DNA of 27,392 bases. Source: Fonticula alba ATCC 38817 (Eukaryota; Protista; Nucleariida). The DNA is taken from NCBI GenBank assembly GCA_000388065.2, contig KB932205.1. One strand, written 5' to 3'. The position numbers were made by a program, and so were the translations under genes. The notes below the pieces were generated by a model. It was not told where the DNA came from and did no database searches. It saw nothing but the letters and a program-made list of their open reading frames with translations. Below are positions 1 through 11,834 of this stretch, piece after piece. The stretch's first letter is position 1, and each line of letters starts with the position of its first letter.

Positions 1-80
1 GCGTTAGATCGAGCGAGGGCGAGCAACATGAGGCGGGGGGCACTGCAGGGGGGAGCAGCGCGCGGGCGAGGCGCACGCAC

Positions 81-1910
81 CCGGCAGGCCAAGCAGGCCG
101 GTGGGCTCCTCCCGGAAGATGGCCGCCAGGGCGTCGAACTCGGCGCGCCACGAGAGGAAGGCAATCAATTGGTTCCTGAGTTAGCGTGCCGGGGTTCCGA
201 GGCCCGGGCCGCCGTCCGGGCGTGTGGGGCGGGGCGATGTCAGCCACGGCGGGACAGGAAGCGATCAAAGGACAGGTGTTGGATGGAGGAACGGGGGGGC
301 GCGAGGGGGCGAGGCGTGGGACCACAGGCCATCCCGGCTGCCCCGGGCGCCGGGCCCGGCGCACAAGCGGGCAAGCGGCCGAGAGGGGTGGGAAGGGGAG
401 CGGCGAGGGGGGGGGGCCAGATCAATGACCCAACCGCAACACGCACCGGCCGAACCAGGAGCCGGCGATGGCCAGCACGTCCTTGGAGGGGGGGTGGACG
501 GTGGCCACGGCGGCGGTCACCTCGCGCCCGGGCGCCGGGCTCCGCGGCGAGGCCAGCATGGCCACGGGAACCATCATGGGCGAGGCCAAAACAGGGTCGG
601 CATCGCCGGGGCCACGGGCCTCGGCGTCGCCCTGGCGCGGGGAGCGCGGCTGCACCGGCACCCCGCCGGCGTGGAAGGCCACGCCCGGGCGGCCCAGGCG
701 CCGGGGCGAGCCCGGCGTGTCGACGGCCGACGCGGCTCCCGGGCCGTACCCGGCGCTGAGGGCCGCATTGAGGGCATGCTCGGCCACGGCGCCGGTGGCC
801 ACGGCCACGGCGATGGCCGCATGCAGGGCCCGGCGGACGGCCGGCCGGAAGCCCGGATCGGCGGCCGCCGCGGCCGGGTGCGCCGCCCGCGCCGCCAGCT
901 CGCTCAGCAGGTGCGTCCAGGCGGCCGTGCACTCCGGGTGAATGGCCCCGAGGGCCTGCTGCGCGCCCTGGATGGCGTACGGCAGCGACTCGGCCCCGGG
1001 GAGCAGCAGCTGCGGCACAGTGTCGGCCAGGACCTCGGCCAGGGCGTCGGCCGCGCGGCGGAGCGGCTCGAAGGCCGCGGCTGCTGGCGGGCCGCCAGCC
1101 GGCGCGCCCGGGGCCGCAGGGGCGACCGCCGGCGCCCCGGCCGGCGCCGGCCCCGACCCCGCCGGCGACCCGGCCGACCCGTCCCCCCCCAGCAGCAGCT
1201 CCACCGACGGGCTGTACCCGACAGTGTCGATGGCGCGCGGGGAGAAGCGCCGGCGCAGGGCCGCCGTGGGGGGCGACCGGCCGGGCGCCGCCGTCGCCGC
1301 CGCCGGGGCCGCCGGGGCCGCCGGGGCCGCCGGGGCAGGCTCCACACCCAGGCCGGCATGGCCCGGCGGCGGCTCCGCCACGCCCGACGGGCAGAAGATC
1401 CCGCTCCACCGGGCCCCGGACGCCAGGGCCTGGGCCATGTTCAGCGGCCCGAGGTAGGACGGCCGGCTGGGGCCGCCGCCGGTCAGGAAGGCCGCCGCCG
1501 GGGTGAGAGCCGCCTCGCCGCGCCGGTCGCACGGCTGCCCGGACCACAGGAGCATGTCGGTGGCGCGCAGGGCCGCGGCCGTGGCGGCCTCCACCGCGGT
1601 CAGGCGCTGGAGGATGGTCCAATTGGCTCGGGCCGCGGTGGCCAACTTGCGCCGGGCCCCCTGCGCCGAGACGCCCACCATCCCCAGGGCCACCGGGTCC
1701 ATGTGGGCCAGCGTGCGCAGGTCGATGTGGGCCAGGTGGTCGGCATACTTGTGCAGGCGCAGGGCCCGCAGCCAGAGGCCCCGCAGGCCGGCCACCGCCT
1801 CCAGCGGGCAGGCCAGGCTGCTGGCGGCCGGGGTGGCCAGGTGCGATGCCGGGCGGCTGTCGGAGCCCCGGTCGGGGGCCAGGGCAGCGCCGGGCCCGGC
1901 CTCGAGGCCG

Positions 1911-1955
<45 letters not shown>

Positions 1956-4404
1956 TGGCACGCGTACCCGGCCAGCAGGGCGTTGGCCTGGCACCGGGCG
2001 GCCGCGGCCGGGCCGGCCCCGGCGCACCCAGCCCCCGGCGCGCAGGGCCCCCCGGAGGCCGGGTACTGCGGCGGCTGCGGCTGCTCCGGCCGCAGGGGCC
2101 CGGCCTGGGGGAAGCCGCAGCCCTCGGCCAGGCCGCTGTCGGCCCCGGTGGCCGAGTCCTGCCGCAGGAGGGCCCCCTGCACGGCCTGGCTGGCGAGGGT
2201 CTGATTGGCCGCCAGGGCCAGCAGCCCGCCCGGGGCCCCGACCGCCGCCGAGGCAAAGCGCACCATGCGCGAGAGGAAGGGCTCCTCGAGCCCGGCGCCG
2301 ATGTGACCACCGGCCCCGGCCACCAGGGCCGAGCTCCAGTCACGCTCGTGGTCGCGCGCGCGCTGCACCGCCGCAAAGTGCCGGATCAGGTCCCGCGAGG
2401 GGGCCGGGTTCATGGGCAACAGGACGCCGGCGGGCCGGGGGCCATGGGCCGTGCCGGGGCCCGGGGGGCCGGCCTGCTCCGGGCCCGGCGCCCCGGCCGC
2501 CGTCGGCCCCGCGTCGCCGCCCTGCCCCGGGTGCTGCCAGCCGGCCATGGCCGGGAGCAGCGGGCTCCGCACGGCCCCCGGGCCGTCGTGCGCCTCGGTC
2601 CCCGGCGGGATGCAGCTCAGGCTGAAGGCCGCCGGAGGGGAGAGGGCCGCGCGCGGCGACGTCGGCGTCACCGGCATCGTCTGGACATGGTGCGCGGTCA
2701 GCGGCGTCGGGTACAGCAGGCTGGACGTGCGCCGGGTGAGGGGCGGCTGGGCCGTGGTCAGGGCCGCCGGGGGGGCTGGCTGCGTCGAGGCCGCCAGCGC
2801 CTCGGCTTCCAGATCCGCCAGCATGGCAAGCCGCGGGGAGAGCAGCGCCCCGCCGGGGGCGGGCCGGCGCCCGGGGCCACCGGCAGCCCCGGCCCGTGGC
2901 GAGGTCGGCCGCACGGCCGGCCCCATCGGCCCGGGTCCGGCCTCGCCGCCACCCAGCAGCGGGCAACTCCGGCCCGGGATCTGGATCGACAGCCCGGGAC
3001 GCCGCGGCGGCCGGCCGACACCGGTGGCCGCCTCGGCCGGGGCCGGGGGCTCTGGCCGGTCGCCGGCCGGCGGGGGCCCCCCCGGCTGCGGCACCGTCTG
3101 GGCGAAGGGCGCCGGCGCCATGGCCGGCGGATCCACCGGCCGGGGTCCCTTGGGCCCGGCCGGCCGGGCCAGGGCGCGCTCGTGGCGGAACTCGCGCAGC
3201 CCCACATGCCCGTCGATGGCCACACGGATGTGCTCACCGAGGACCTCGGCAAATTCGCGCTGCGGCCCGGCGAAAGCCGGGTGCATGGAGATGATGGTCA
3301 CCAGCAGGCGCGCCTGGCGGAAGGACCCGGCCTGGATGGGGCCGCCCTCGGGCCGGGCCTTTGCCGGGGCCTCCTCTTGGCCGCACAGCCGCACCACGGC
3401 CGCGGTCATCTCGTGCGCCGCGTCCAGGTACCCGGTGGTCAGAGCGGCCAGGTCCTCCGGCACGCTGACATCGCGCAGGAAGGTGATCTAGCGTGGGCAT
3501 CGGCCATGGGCGGGCGGGCGGGGGGGGGAGGGGGGGGGGGGGAATACGCAAGCCGCGGACGCGGGGCCCGCCAGGGAGAGCAAGCGGCACAGGGAGCGAG
3601 AAGGAGCACCAGCGCAGGGCGAGGGAGATGACTGTCAGACACTTTGGCCCGTGCACAGGGGACCGGGCCAGGCGCAGGGACAGGGGCGCGGGCTGCGGCG
3701 GTGGCCCGCGGCTTCCGGGATGCCGGCACGCCAGGACGCCGCGCACGCACCAACGAGATCAAGCGCTGGGCCATGGTTTCGATGGCCTCGATGGCCGGGC
3801 CCGGGTCATCGCGCAGACGCCGGCAGGCTTCGGCCAGGCGGCCGGTCAGGCTGCGGATGTACGCCGCATCATTGGCATCGCTGCGGTGCGACGCGCGGGC
3901 GATCTCCAGGCGCTCATGGACCCGGTCGAGGTCCTCCTCGGCCAGGGCCCCGGCGGTCGGCCGGCCGGACAGCCGCGGGGACAGAAGCACCGGCGCCCCG
4001 GGCACCACGCCGGTCGGGCTGCGCGGGGGCAGCTGCTCCGGCGCGGCCCCATGGGCGCCCGGCGCGGTGGCTTGGATTTGCGCACGCTCGCGCAGCAGCC
4101 CCTGGCCGAGGGCCTCCACCAGGAAGAGGAGCTCCCCGCCGCGGAGGGCCCGCTCGGCCGGGGTCGGCTCCAGGGACGCGGCCAGCCGCGGGGATAGCAG
4201 CTGCTGCCCGGCCGTCGGGCTCGGGCAGCCGGGATCCGGGCCGGTGAAGGAGCTAGCCGGGGCCAAGCGCGCGGCCGGATCCGCCGGGCCATCGGTCGAG
4301 TAGGTTGCCAGGATCCGCAGCAGCCGGTAGACACACGTCAGCTGGACATGCGGAGGGGAGGCCACAAAGGCGCTCTCAAACTCCGGGAAGGGCGGCAGGA
4401 GCAT
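81..4404 (-). CDS. Smaug/Vts1 (SAMD4)-like RNA-binding SAM-domain protein; 3'-partial, continues beyond the left edge
   Basis: Inferred exons 4404-3751, 3487-447 and 175-81. All have GTGCGT donors and AG acceptors, and the phases join (…QRLISL|ITFLRDV…; …WFGR|NQLIAFLSW…). The next intron ends in CTAACGC at the window edge. The protein contains WLRALRLHKYADHL…LGMVGVSAQGARRKL, matching the Vts1/Smaug SAM signature (WLKSLRLHKY…GARRKL, from memory). The start codon at 4404 is a best guess. Confidence 0.8.
1620..1790 (-). other. Smaug/Vts1-type RNA-binding SAM domain
   Basis: LRGLWLRALRLHKYADHLAHIDLRTLAHMDPVALGMVGVSAQGARRKLATAARANW. The LRLHKY and GARRK motifs are diagnostic of the SRE-binding SAM subfamily. 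Confidence 0.88.
1912..1954 (-). repeat. (GGC)n coding trinucleotide repeat encoding about 14 Gly
   Basis: Run of gcc/ccg on the plus strand. It translates as [17 protein letters not shown] about 40 aa upstream of the SAM domain. Confidence 0.95.
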
Positions 4405-4851
4405 GCTGACCCGCGCGACACGCCAATGGCCAAGAGCCGGCGAAGGGCTTTCCCGGTAGGCGGGGCTAGGGGGAGGGAGGGGGAGCGGGAGACGGAGGGG
4501 GCGGAGGGGGGTCTCGACCAGGGGGACGACACGAGGGGGACCGACAAACGGGGTGGGGAGCCGGCGGGGGAGCCCGCCTGCGCACACACACACGGAGAGG
4601 AGGGCGATGCCTTTGGGGCACGCGCAAAGGGACGAGGTCGGTGGATATTCCCCCGAGAGCAGGGAACGGGAGAGACGGAGAGAGATAGGCAGATGGCGGT
4701 CAGAGGAGGGAGAGCCAAGAGTCAAAAGGGGCGAGGCAAGGAGAGGGACGGAGAGGGACGGAGACACGATGGGCGCCCGTCGGCGTGCTCCCGGCACCGC
4801 AGCCACTTTTGACTCTTGGCTCTCCCTCCGTCGGTGTGGCACCCCCGCCTC

Positions 4852-4882
<31 letters not shown>

Positions 4883-5523
4883 TGCCTCCTTCCCCGCCGC
4901 ACCTCGCGTGCGCCAAGGTCCGAGGAGCTGGCCACGGAGTGCGCGCGGCCACTGCCCAGCGCCAACACTCGCCGCACGCCGACCCCCCCCCCGGAGGGGC
5001 AGAAACCAAAGTGGGGGGCATCGTGCGTGTGTGCGGTCGCCGCCGGTCTCGAGCCCCATACACACCCGGGGCGGTGTGGCAGAAGGGCCCCATGTGTGCA
5101 GGCGCTCTCGGGCCTCCATTGCCCCTCCCTTGATGCCACGCCCATTTGCAACTTGCACGCCCTTGCACACATCTGCGAACAGGCACGCTGATGGCGCCCT
5201 TTCTGTGGTTTGTGAAAATAAAAGTCATTTCCGATCGGCCAAGCTCGCACGGCCTCCCTGTGCGGGCCATGTGCAGCACGCCGGCGCGCGGCCGATGGGG
5301 CGTGAAAATGAAATCCGGGCGCCGTGGGGACACAGCCCACAACCCTCCGCGGATCAGGTGGACGTCACGAGCGCTGTCACATGCCCACGCCTCGGGGCCC
5401 AGATCGAAGAGCCACCATCGCGCGCGTGTATCGACGTGTCCGCCACCCTGCCTCTCTCCCCCCACCCTCCCCGATCTGCCCCTTTTTTGCTCCTGCCCAA
5501 ACTCCGCCCTTTCTCGCCACACG
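4405..5523. promoter_or_regulatory. Divergent (head-to-head) intergenic/promoter region between the SAM gene and CCDC25
   Basis: Lies between the inferred ATGs at 4404 (-) and 5524 (+). It contains a long C run (about 4854-4882) and an AT-rich patch (about 5205-5230). No specific element identified. Confidence 0.5.
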
Positions 5524-6246
5524 ATGGTCCGCTTCTTCCAGAGCACTGGTGCGCAGCCGTGACGTTGGTTTGTCCCTGTTCCTCGGTCCCTCCTCGGGCC
5601 TCCCCACTGTTGGGCCCGGCCGATCTTCCCCATGTCTCACACCCCTCTGTCCTGCCCTCCGCCGCGGGGACGTCCCCCCCGGCCAGCCACCGATCCTCCG
5701 ACCATGATCTACGTCGGTCGCGACAAGGAGGAGAGTGCGTCGATCGTCTGGTCCCCTCGCGTGCGCCCCCTCTGCGCTTCTCTCGAACACCCCCTTACCC
5801 CTTCTCCCTCTCCCCCGCACACACACACACACACGCACAGACGAGGACCTCATCAAGCATGGCTGGGATGAGGATGTCTGGTACGACACGTCGGCGCGCT
5901 CCCGGGCCCGCCCACGCTCGCCCCCCCCCCTCCCTTCCCCACCCCCCTTGTCCCTCTTTGCCGGCTGACATCCCACCCTCGATGCGCTCTGCGTCCTCCC
6001 TTCGCCCGCGCGCCGAATGTAGGTTTCACGTTGACAAGCTCTCATCGGCTCACGTCTACCTGCGCATGAGCCCTGGCATGACCTGGGACAACCTGCCTGA
6101 GGCGCTGCTGAACGATTGCGCGCAGCTGGTCAAGGCCAACAGTATTGAGGGTGCGTCACGCCGGGCCCCGCGAGCCATTGGGCTTGTGTACGAGCGCGCT
6201 TGCCTGCCAACAAACTCTCCATGCGGCACGTGTGCATGTACCGAAA

Positions 6247-6280
<34 letters not shown>

Positions 6281-6786
6281 CAGGTAACAAGAAGGACAAC
6301 ATTTCCATCATCTACACCCCCTGGTCCAACTTGAAGAAGACCGGCGCCATGGATGTCGGCCAGGTGTCCTACCACAACCCGAAGCTCGTGCGTTTCTCAT
6401 CCCTCGTCAGCAGGATGGGCCATTTGGCCATGCTCGCCTGCGGGGCCCATGCTAACCCCCCCCCCCCCCCTGCCCTCCCCTCCGTCCAGGTCCGCTACGT
6501 CAAGGTGGCCAAGCGGTGCAACATCACGGTCAACCGCCTGAACAAGACCGAGCGCATCGAGTTCCCGGACCTGCGCGCCCAGAAGGAGGAGCACCTGAAC
6601 AAGCTGGCCTTCGAGAAGCGCGAGCACCAGCGCCAGCTGGACAACCAGTCCCGCGAGCAGCAGCGCCTCGCCCGGGAGGAGAAGGAGCGCAACAGCTACG
6701 ACCGGCTCTTCGAGAACACCGGCTCCATGCTCTCCAACAAGGAGGCCAGCATGCTGGGCATCGATCTGGAGGAGGATTTCATGTGA
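5524..6786 (+). CDS. CCDC25: Coiled-coil domain-containing protein 25 (NFACT-R/DUF814 family)
   Basis: Six exons (5524-5548, 5687-5734, 5841-5880, 6023-6150, 6284-6387, 6490-6786) join in phase. They give MVRFFQST…[37 protein letters not shown]…[15 protein letters not shown]…[19 protein letters not shown]…EEDFM*, which is collinear with CCDC25 including the terminal DFM. Confidence 0.96.
6249..6278 (+). repeat. (CA)15 intronic microsatellite abutting the 3' splice site of CCDC25 intron 4
   Basis: (ca)n followed directly by TGCAG|GT. Confidence 0.95.
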
Positions 6787-7774
6787 GCGCTTGAGAGAGC
6801 CGTCCTCCCGTGTAGCTTCCCTCCCCCTCCCCCCTTTCTCGCATGTACGCGCGGCTCAAACTCCCGCGCCACACTCGGGCCTCGGACACATCCTGCGCAG
6901 GCTTGCCCTGGAGAATGCCCTCCCTTTGCCACCTCCCGAATACACCCCTGTGCGCGCACACGCGCTTCACACCCACGTTCGGAGCTCGCTGGCCCGTCGG
7001 AGGAACTGACAGGCGGGAAAAGAAGGAAATCGCCTTCTTCTTTGCCTGGCGCCTCCTCCCCAGCTACGGCCGTCTGACCTTGCGCAAGTCCCCCCCCCCC
7101 TGCAGCGTCCTGGTCGGAAGCCTGTGCGGTGGCCAGCGCGTGCTAGGAATACCGGCCATCGGCCCCTGTCTCCCGGGCAGATGGAGTGTGCCGAGGCCGG
7201 GCGAGGAGCGGCCACCCACGAGAGAAGTGCACGAGGAGGCTGCGGCAGCCTGCCTGCGCGCCTCTGGATACACCAAAAACCTCCGAGGGCGCCCCCCAGC
7301 GCGAGGGTCTCTTCCTCTGAGACGGCGCTCCTGCCCGCTCCGCTGCCGGCCACATGCTGATGCCCATGCGCCAGGGGCTCCTTTTTGGCTCTTGGCCAAG
7401 CCCCCCTCCTGGCCCCGGCACCAAATGCGCCCCCCCCCCTCCCCCCCGGTGTGACTCCTCACCCCTCCGCCTGCCCGCCCGCCCGCCTCCCTCGCTGCCT
7501 GCCCCCGGCCCTCCTCCCCGCACCGGCACCGGCATCGAACGACACACACGCCCGACCGTGGGCCTCGCCTCCTCTGCTACATACATGTATATACATAAAC
7601 ACAAATCCTCCTGCGCGTGTGTCGCGTTTGTGTGTGTCTACGTGCACATGGTGGCGGAGTGCGCCACGCGCGCGCTCCTCCTACGCACGCGCTCACGCGC
7701 GCACACATGCACACATACACACACACACACACACATACACACACACAAGCACACAAGCACCGAGACATAATCCA

Positions 7775-10569
7775 TCAGACTGTGCCGGAGGCGGCCGCCG
7801 CCGCCGCCGCCGGGACCGAGGCAGGAGAGGGCAGCGCTTCGGCCGGACGCGCCCGCCGGCGGACTTCCATCTCGTGCTGGTCAATGCGGCAGAGGAGGTC
7901 GCGAGCGGCGCGCGACCGCGCGGCATACATGCCCAGTCGGTCGCGGATGACATTTTCCAGGCCCAGCAGTGCCCGGCCGATGGCCGGCACGGTGTCCGGG
8001 CCGGATTGGTGGATGGCCGTCCGCAGGACGCGCTCCCACCGGGGGGCCAGCTTGCCCTCGACGTCGACCATGCGCAGGCGACTGGCCTGGTCACGCACGG
8101 CATACAGCTGGACCACGAAGCGCTGGCCGTACTGGCGCAGGCGCTCCACCGATTGCTGGGTCTCCTGCCAGTGCTCGGACCGGGGCCGCCACTGGTTGCT
8201 GTTGGCGGGGTCGGTGCCCGTGGGGCTGAGCCGGGCCAGGTCGTCGTCCTCCTCGTCGTCGTTCTCCTCCTGGTCGGCCTCCCCTTGTTGCTGCTGCTGA
8301 TGCCGCTGCTGCCCACCCTCCTCCTCCTCCTCCTCCAGGGCAGCCGCCCCATGGGCGAGGAGATCCGGGCGGGGGGGGCGGCGGCCCTGGCGGCGGTCAT
8401 CATCGACCTCATGCTGGGCGTCATGGCTCGGGTGGCTGTCAGAGTCCAGCACGGAGCGCATGTCGCCAAGGGTCAGCGGCCGGACCCCGGCGCCGGGCCG
8501 GTGCTCGGCCGAGGGGCCCGGCACATGGTCCGCATCGGAGGAGGACCCGGAGTCGCTGCTGGCATCGTCCGAAGACACATCCAGCAGACGGAGGCCGGCC
8601 GGGGCGCCGGCCGAGGCGCCGGCCCGGCGCAGGGCCCGACGTGCCTGCCGGCGTTCCCACATCTCGCGGTCCTTGCGTTGCTTGTCCACCACGCGGCTGT
8701 GGGACTCCACCGCGCGGGCCACATACGACACCAGGCGCGCCAGCTCGGCCATGCTGCCCTCCAGCGAGCCGAGCGACTGCTCGGTGGACTTGAAGACCGC
8801 CCGCAGGGCGACCACCGCCTCGCGGCTCAGGCACCCGAAGAGGATGCCGCTGGCGGCCAGCGACTGCGACACCATCGGCGACACCGGGGTCTGTCGGCCG
8901 TTGGCCGAGGGCGAGGCGGCCGCCGCCGGCGAGCCGGGCACCATGTCCGCGGCCGGGCTCGGCAGCAGGGGGCTGATCGCCGGCAGCCCGGGGCCCCCGT
9001 CGTCAGGGGTGGCCGGCACGCCGTTGGACCGGGCCGCCGCCGGCGGGGTCAGCGCCCCGAGTAGCAGCTGCCGGCGCACCTGGCTGAAGATGTCCAAGAC
9101 TTGGCGCGCACGGTGGAAATGGTCCAGCCCGGCCACGAAGGCGGTGTTCACCTTGCACGCGGTGTCCAGCAGGTCGGCCTCGGCGCTGACGTCGCTGCTG
9201 CCGCCGCTGCTGCTGCTGCTGCTGCTGCTGCTGCCGTCGCACTGGCGGACGAGCGTCGTGCCGAGGGCCCGCTCGACATTGGACCGGGCCGACTCCAGGC
9301 TTCCCTCCATGGCCAGCAGGCTCTGGGTGAGGAAGCGCATGGCGACCATGGCCAGTGTCATGAGGGAGTCCGATTCGTGGGCGGCCGGCACGCGGCCGAG
9401 CCCCATCCCGGGGTCCGGCTTGGATGGCGGCGGCGCCGCCACGGCCCCGGGGCTGGGGGCCGTGTCACCGGCGGCCGGTGCCAGCCCCGGCGAGGTGGGA
9501 GCCGACACCGAGCCCGCGGTTTCATGGGCCCCGCGGCCGGACTGGTCGTGGCCCGGCCCGTGCGGGACCGCCGGGAGGCTGCCGGACGCCGGCCGCAGGC
9601 CCGGGCCCGCTCCTCCGGCCGTGGGTTCCGCCGCCACGAAAGGGGCCCCGCGAGCGGTGAACACCACGCTGGAGGGGCCGCCGCCGGGCCCATCGGCCCC
9701 GGCATCCGGCCGGCGCGGCCCCATCGGCAGCTCGACCACCACGACGGCGGCCGGCGGGGCCGGAGTGCCGACCTCGGCCGCGGCCGGCCGGCACGCGCTA
9801 CCGTCGCCCGGCGACGAGGATGGCGCCATGTTCGGGGGCCCGGCTGGGCCGGTGGCCGGGCCGAGGGCCAGGTCTTCGGCCGTGCTGCTGGCCTCCACAT
9901 TGAAGGACCCGCAGGCTTGGCCGGCCGCGGCCGACATGGCCGGGCCATCGGGGGCGGTGGTGGCGGCGGTGCCGGCGCCGGCCGGCGTGCCGGTCGAGGG
10001 CTCGGGAGCCGGACTCGCGCCCTCGGGGGGGATGCCGGCGGCTGCGGCCGGGCCCGGCCTGGCCGGCAGATGCTCCGATGTCGGGGTCGAGGTCAGGTCC
10101 GGGACCGAGTCGGGTCCCGGCAGCGGGTCGACCCGGCCCTCGGGGTCGGCCTGCATGCTGCGCTGCAGGCGCCGGGCTTGGCGCTCAAGGGACCGGCGCT
10201 CGCTCGGGGCCAGGACCCGCTGGCTGACGCTCGAGGCGGAGAGCGGCCCGCCGGCCAGCATCTCCTCCACCCGGTCCTCGCTGATGGCCGGCTCGGCCGG
10301 GGGCCCGGCCGACACCGGGGTGCGAATGCCCTCGCCACTGGCGGCGGCCGCCAGCGGGGCCAGCGGGCTCCGGCGCTGCTCGGACCCCAGGCTGAAACGA
10401 CTGCCGCCGGCCGCCGGGGGCTCCGTGTCCACGGTCAAACCGAGGGCCGCCGGGCGTCGGAGTTTGCCCGGGCTACTTGCGGACCCGTGCCCGTTGGGAC
10501 TGGGGTCCGGGGTGATGTGCACCATGAAGGATCCCTTCGCCGGGGTGGAGGAGCTGCCTCCGCCGCCGC

Positions 10570-10628
<59 letters not shown>

Positions 10629-10732
10629 CTCCGGAAGGCGCCTCGGAAGAACTTGCTGATGTGGCCCCCACCCCCGGACTGTGATGATGAGTGGCCGCCG
10701 CCGGAGCCGGAGGCGCTCGGGCCTCGGGTCAT
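7775..10732 (-). CDS. Hypothetical 985-aa protein: Ser/Pro/Ala-rich disordered N-terminal half, with predicted amphipathic helical/coiled-coil blocks in the C-terminal half
   Basis: Uninterrupted 2958-nt ORF with strong G/C third-position bias and no intron-like tracts. An in-frame TGA lies 12 nt upstream of the ATG, which supports this start. No family recognised. Confidence 0.75.
10560..10630 (-). repeat. (AGC)n coding repeat encoding poly-Ser followed by poly-Gly
   Basis: (gct)n on the plus strand translates as RSSSSSSSNSSSSSSSSSSSGGGGG. A second shorter poly-Ser repeat lies at about 9205-9235. Confidence 0.9.
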
Positions 10733-10752
10733 GTTGCTCGCTCACGGTGGCC

Positions 10753-10879
10753 CTGTCGGGGCCCGGGGCCCGGGGCGAAGCGCGCAAGCAGGGTGTCAGC
10801 TGAGGCTCGAAAGGGCGAGAAATCGGGGCGGCGAAGGCGGGGACCTGCTCCCGGGGGCGGGCGAAGACATGCTGCGTAC
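10753..10879 (-). other. Probable 5'-UTR intron of the 985-aa gene
   Basis: CAG|GTACGC donor at 10879, CTGAC branch-like motif at about 10800, CAG acceptor at 10753. The main frame has a stop just after the acceptor, so the upstream exon would be non-coding. Confidence 0.5.
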
Positions 10880-10899
10880 CTGACACGCAGGTGGGAGAG

Positions 10900-10933
<34 letters not shown>

Positions 10934-11789
10934 GGGCAGGCAGGGGGACAGGGCAGGGGTCACGGGATGCGCAGGGAGGAAGGCGCCCGAGGGGGAGAGG
11001 GGGAGAGGGCGAGACGGCGAGTTTGCGAAAGAGGAAGAGGAGGAGGAGAGGGGCGGGGGGCAGGTCAATCGTGCCGGGAGCGGAGAACGAGCGAAGAATG
11101 ATGCCTCCCTCGGCCTGGACGGCCAAGGGCGGTGCCCTGGCGCCGGAAGTAGCCCCTCGCCGGGGACGGCCACCGGCCATGGCGCCGGCGGAGCGGCGGG
11201 TGTCGGCCACGGCGCTGCGGTGCCCGTGCCGCCCACACACCTCAGTACTACCCGGAACCCCGGTGCCCCTCCCCCTCCCGGTGCCTGGCTCGCCCTCGCC
11301 CCGGGGGCGGCAACGGGGCCGGGCACCCGGCTGCCATCGGCATCGCCGGCCCGTGGCACAGACGGCATGTGCCCCTGCAGCAGCTGCGCACCTGGGGCCC
11401 GGCTCTCTGGCGTGCTTGTGCGCGCTGCTGGGCCGGCTGCCCGCTTCGGTGTGCGATCATGATGGCGGCGGGGAGCCGGCTACCCGGGCCCGGCGGCCCA
11501 CCCCGGCCCGGCCTGCTGGTGTGCAGCTCCCCCGCAGCTGTCCTGTGCGGGCGCGGTGCACGGTCGGCCGTTGGCCCGCCGGGCGGGCTGGGGCCGGCCC
11601 CCGCGCTGGCGCGGGCCTGCCCGACGGCCAGCTGGCCACAGGAGGGTAGAAATACCCCGCTGGATGGTGTATCATTTGGCATGCTTGCTTCTGCCTACCC
11701 TCCTCGAGCGCGCGCGCCCCCTCTCGCCTCCGCCCTCCCTGCCAACTGACCCGAGCCCCGGCAGGTGGCCCGGTGGGGGAGGGGGGGGG

Positions 11790-11834
11790 NNNNNNNNNNN
11801 NNNNNNNNNNNNNNNNNNNNNNNNNNNNNNNNNN
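11790..11834. other. Assembly gap (45 N)
   Basis: N run flanked by G and C homopolymers. Confidence 0.99.

Noticed and set aside
224-3631. 1135-aa plus-strand ORF, and other long overlapping ORFs such as 8460-10883 (+) and 20643-22523 (+)
   Set aside because: These are antisense shadows of real minus-strand genes. Stop codons are rare in very GC-rich, codon-biased DNA, and the translations are R/G/P/A noise with no motifs.
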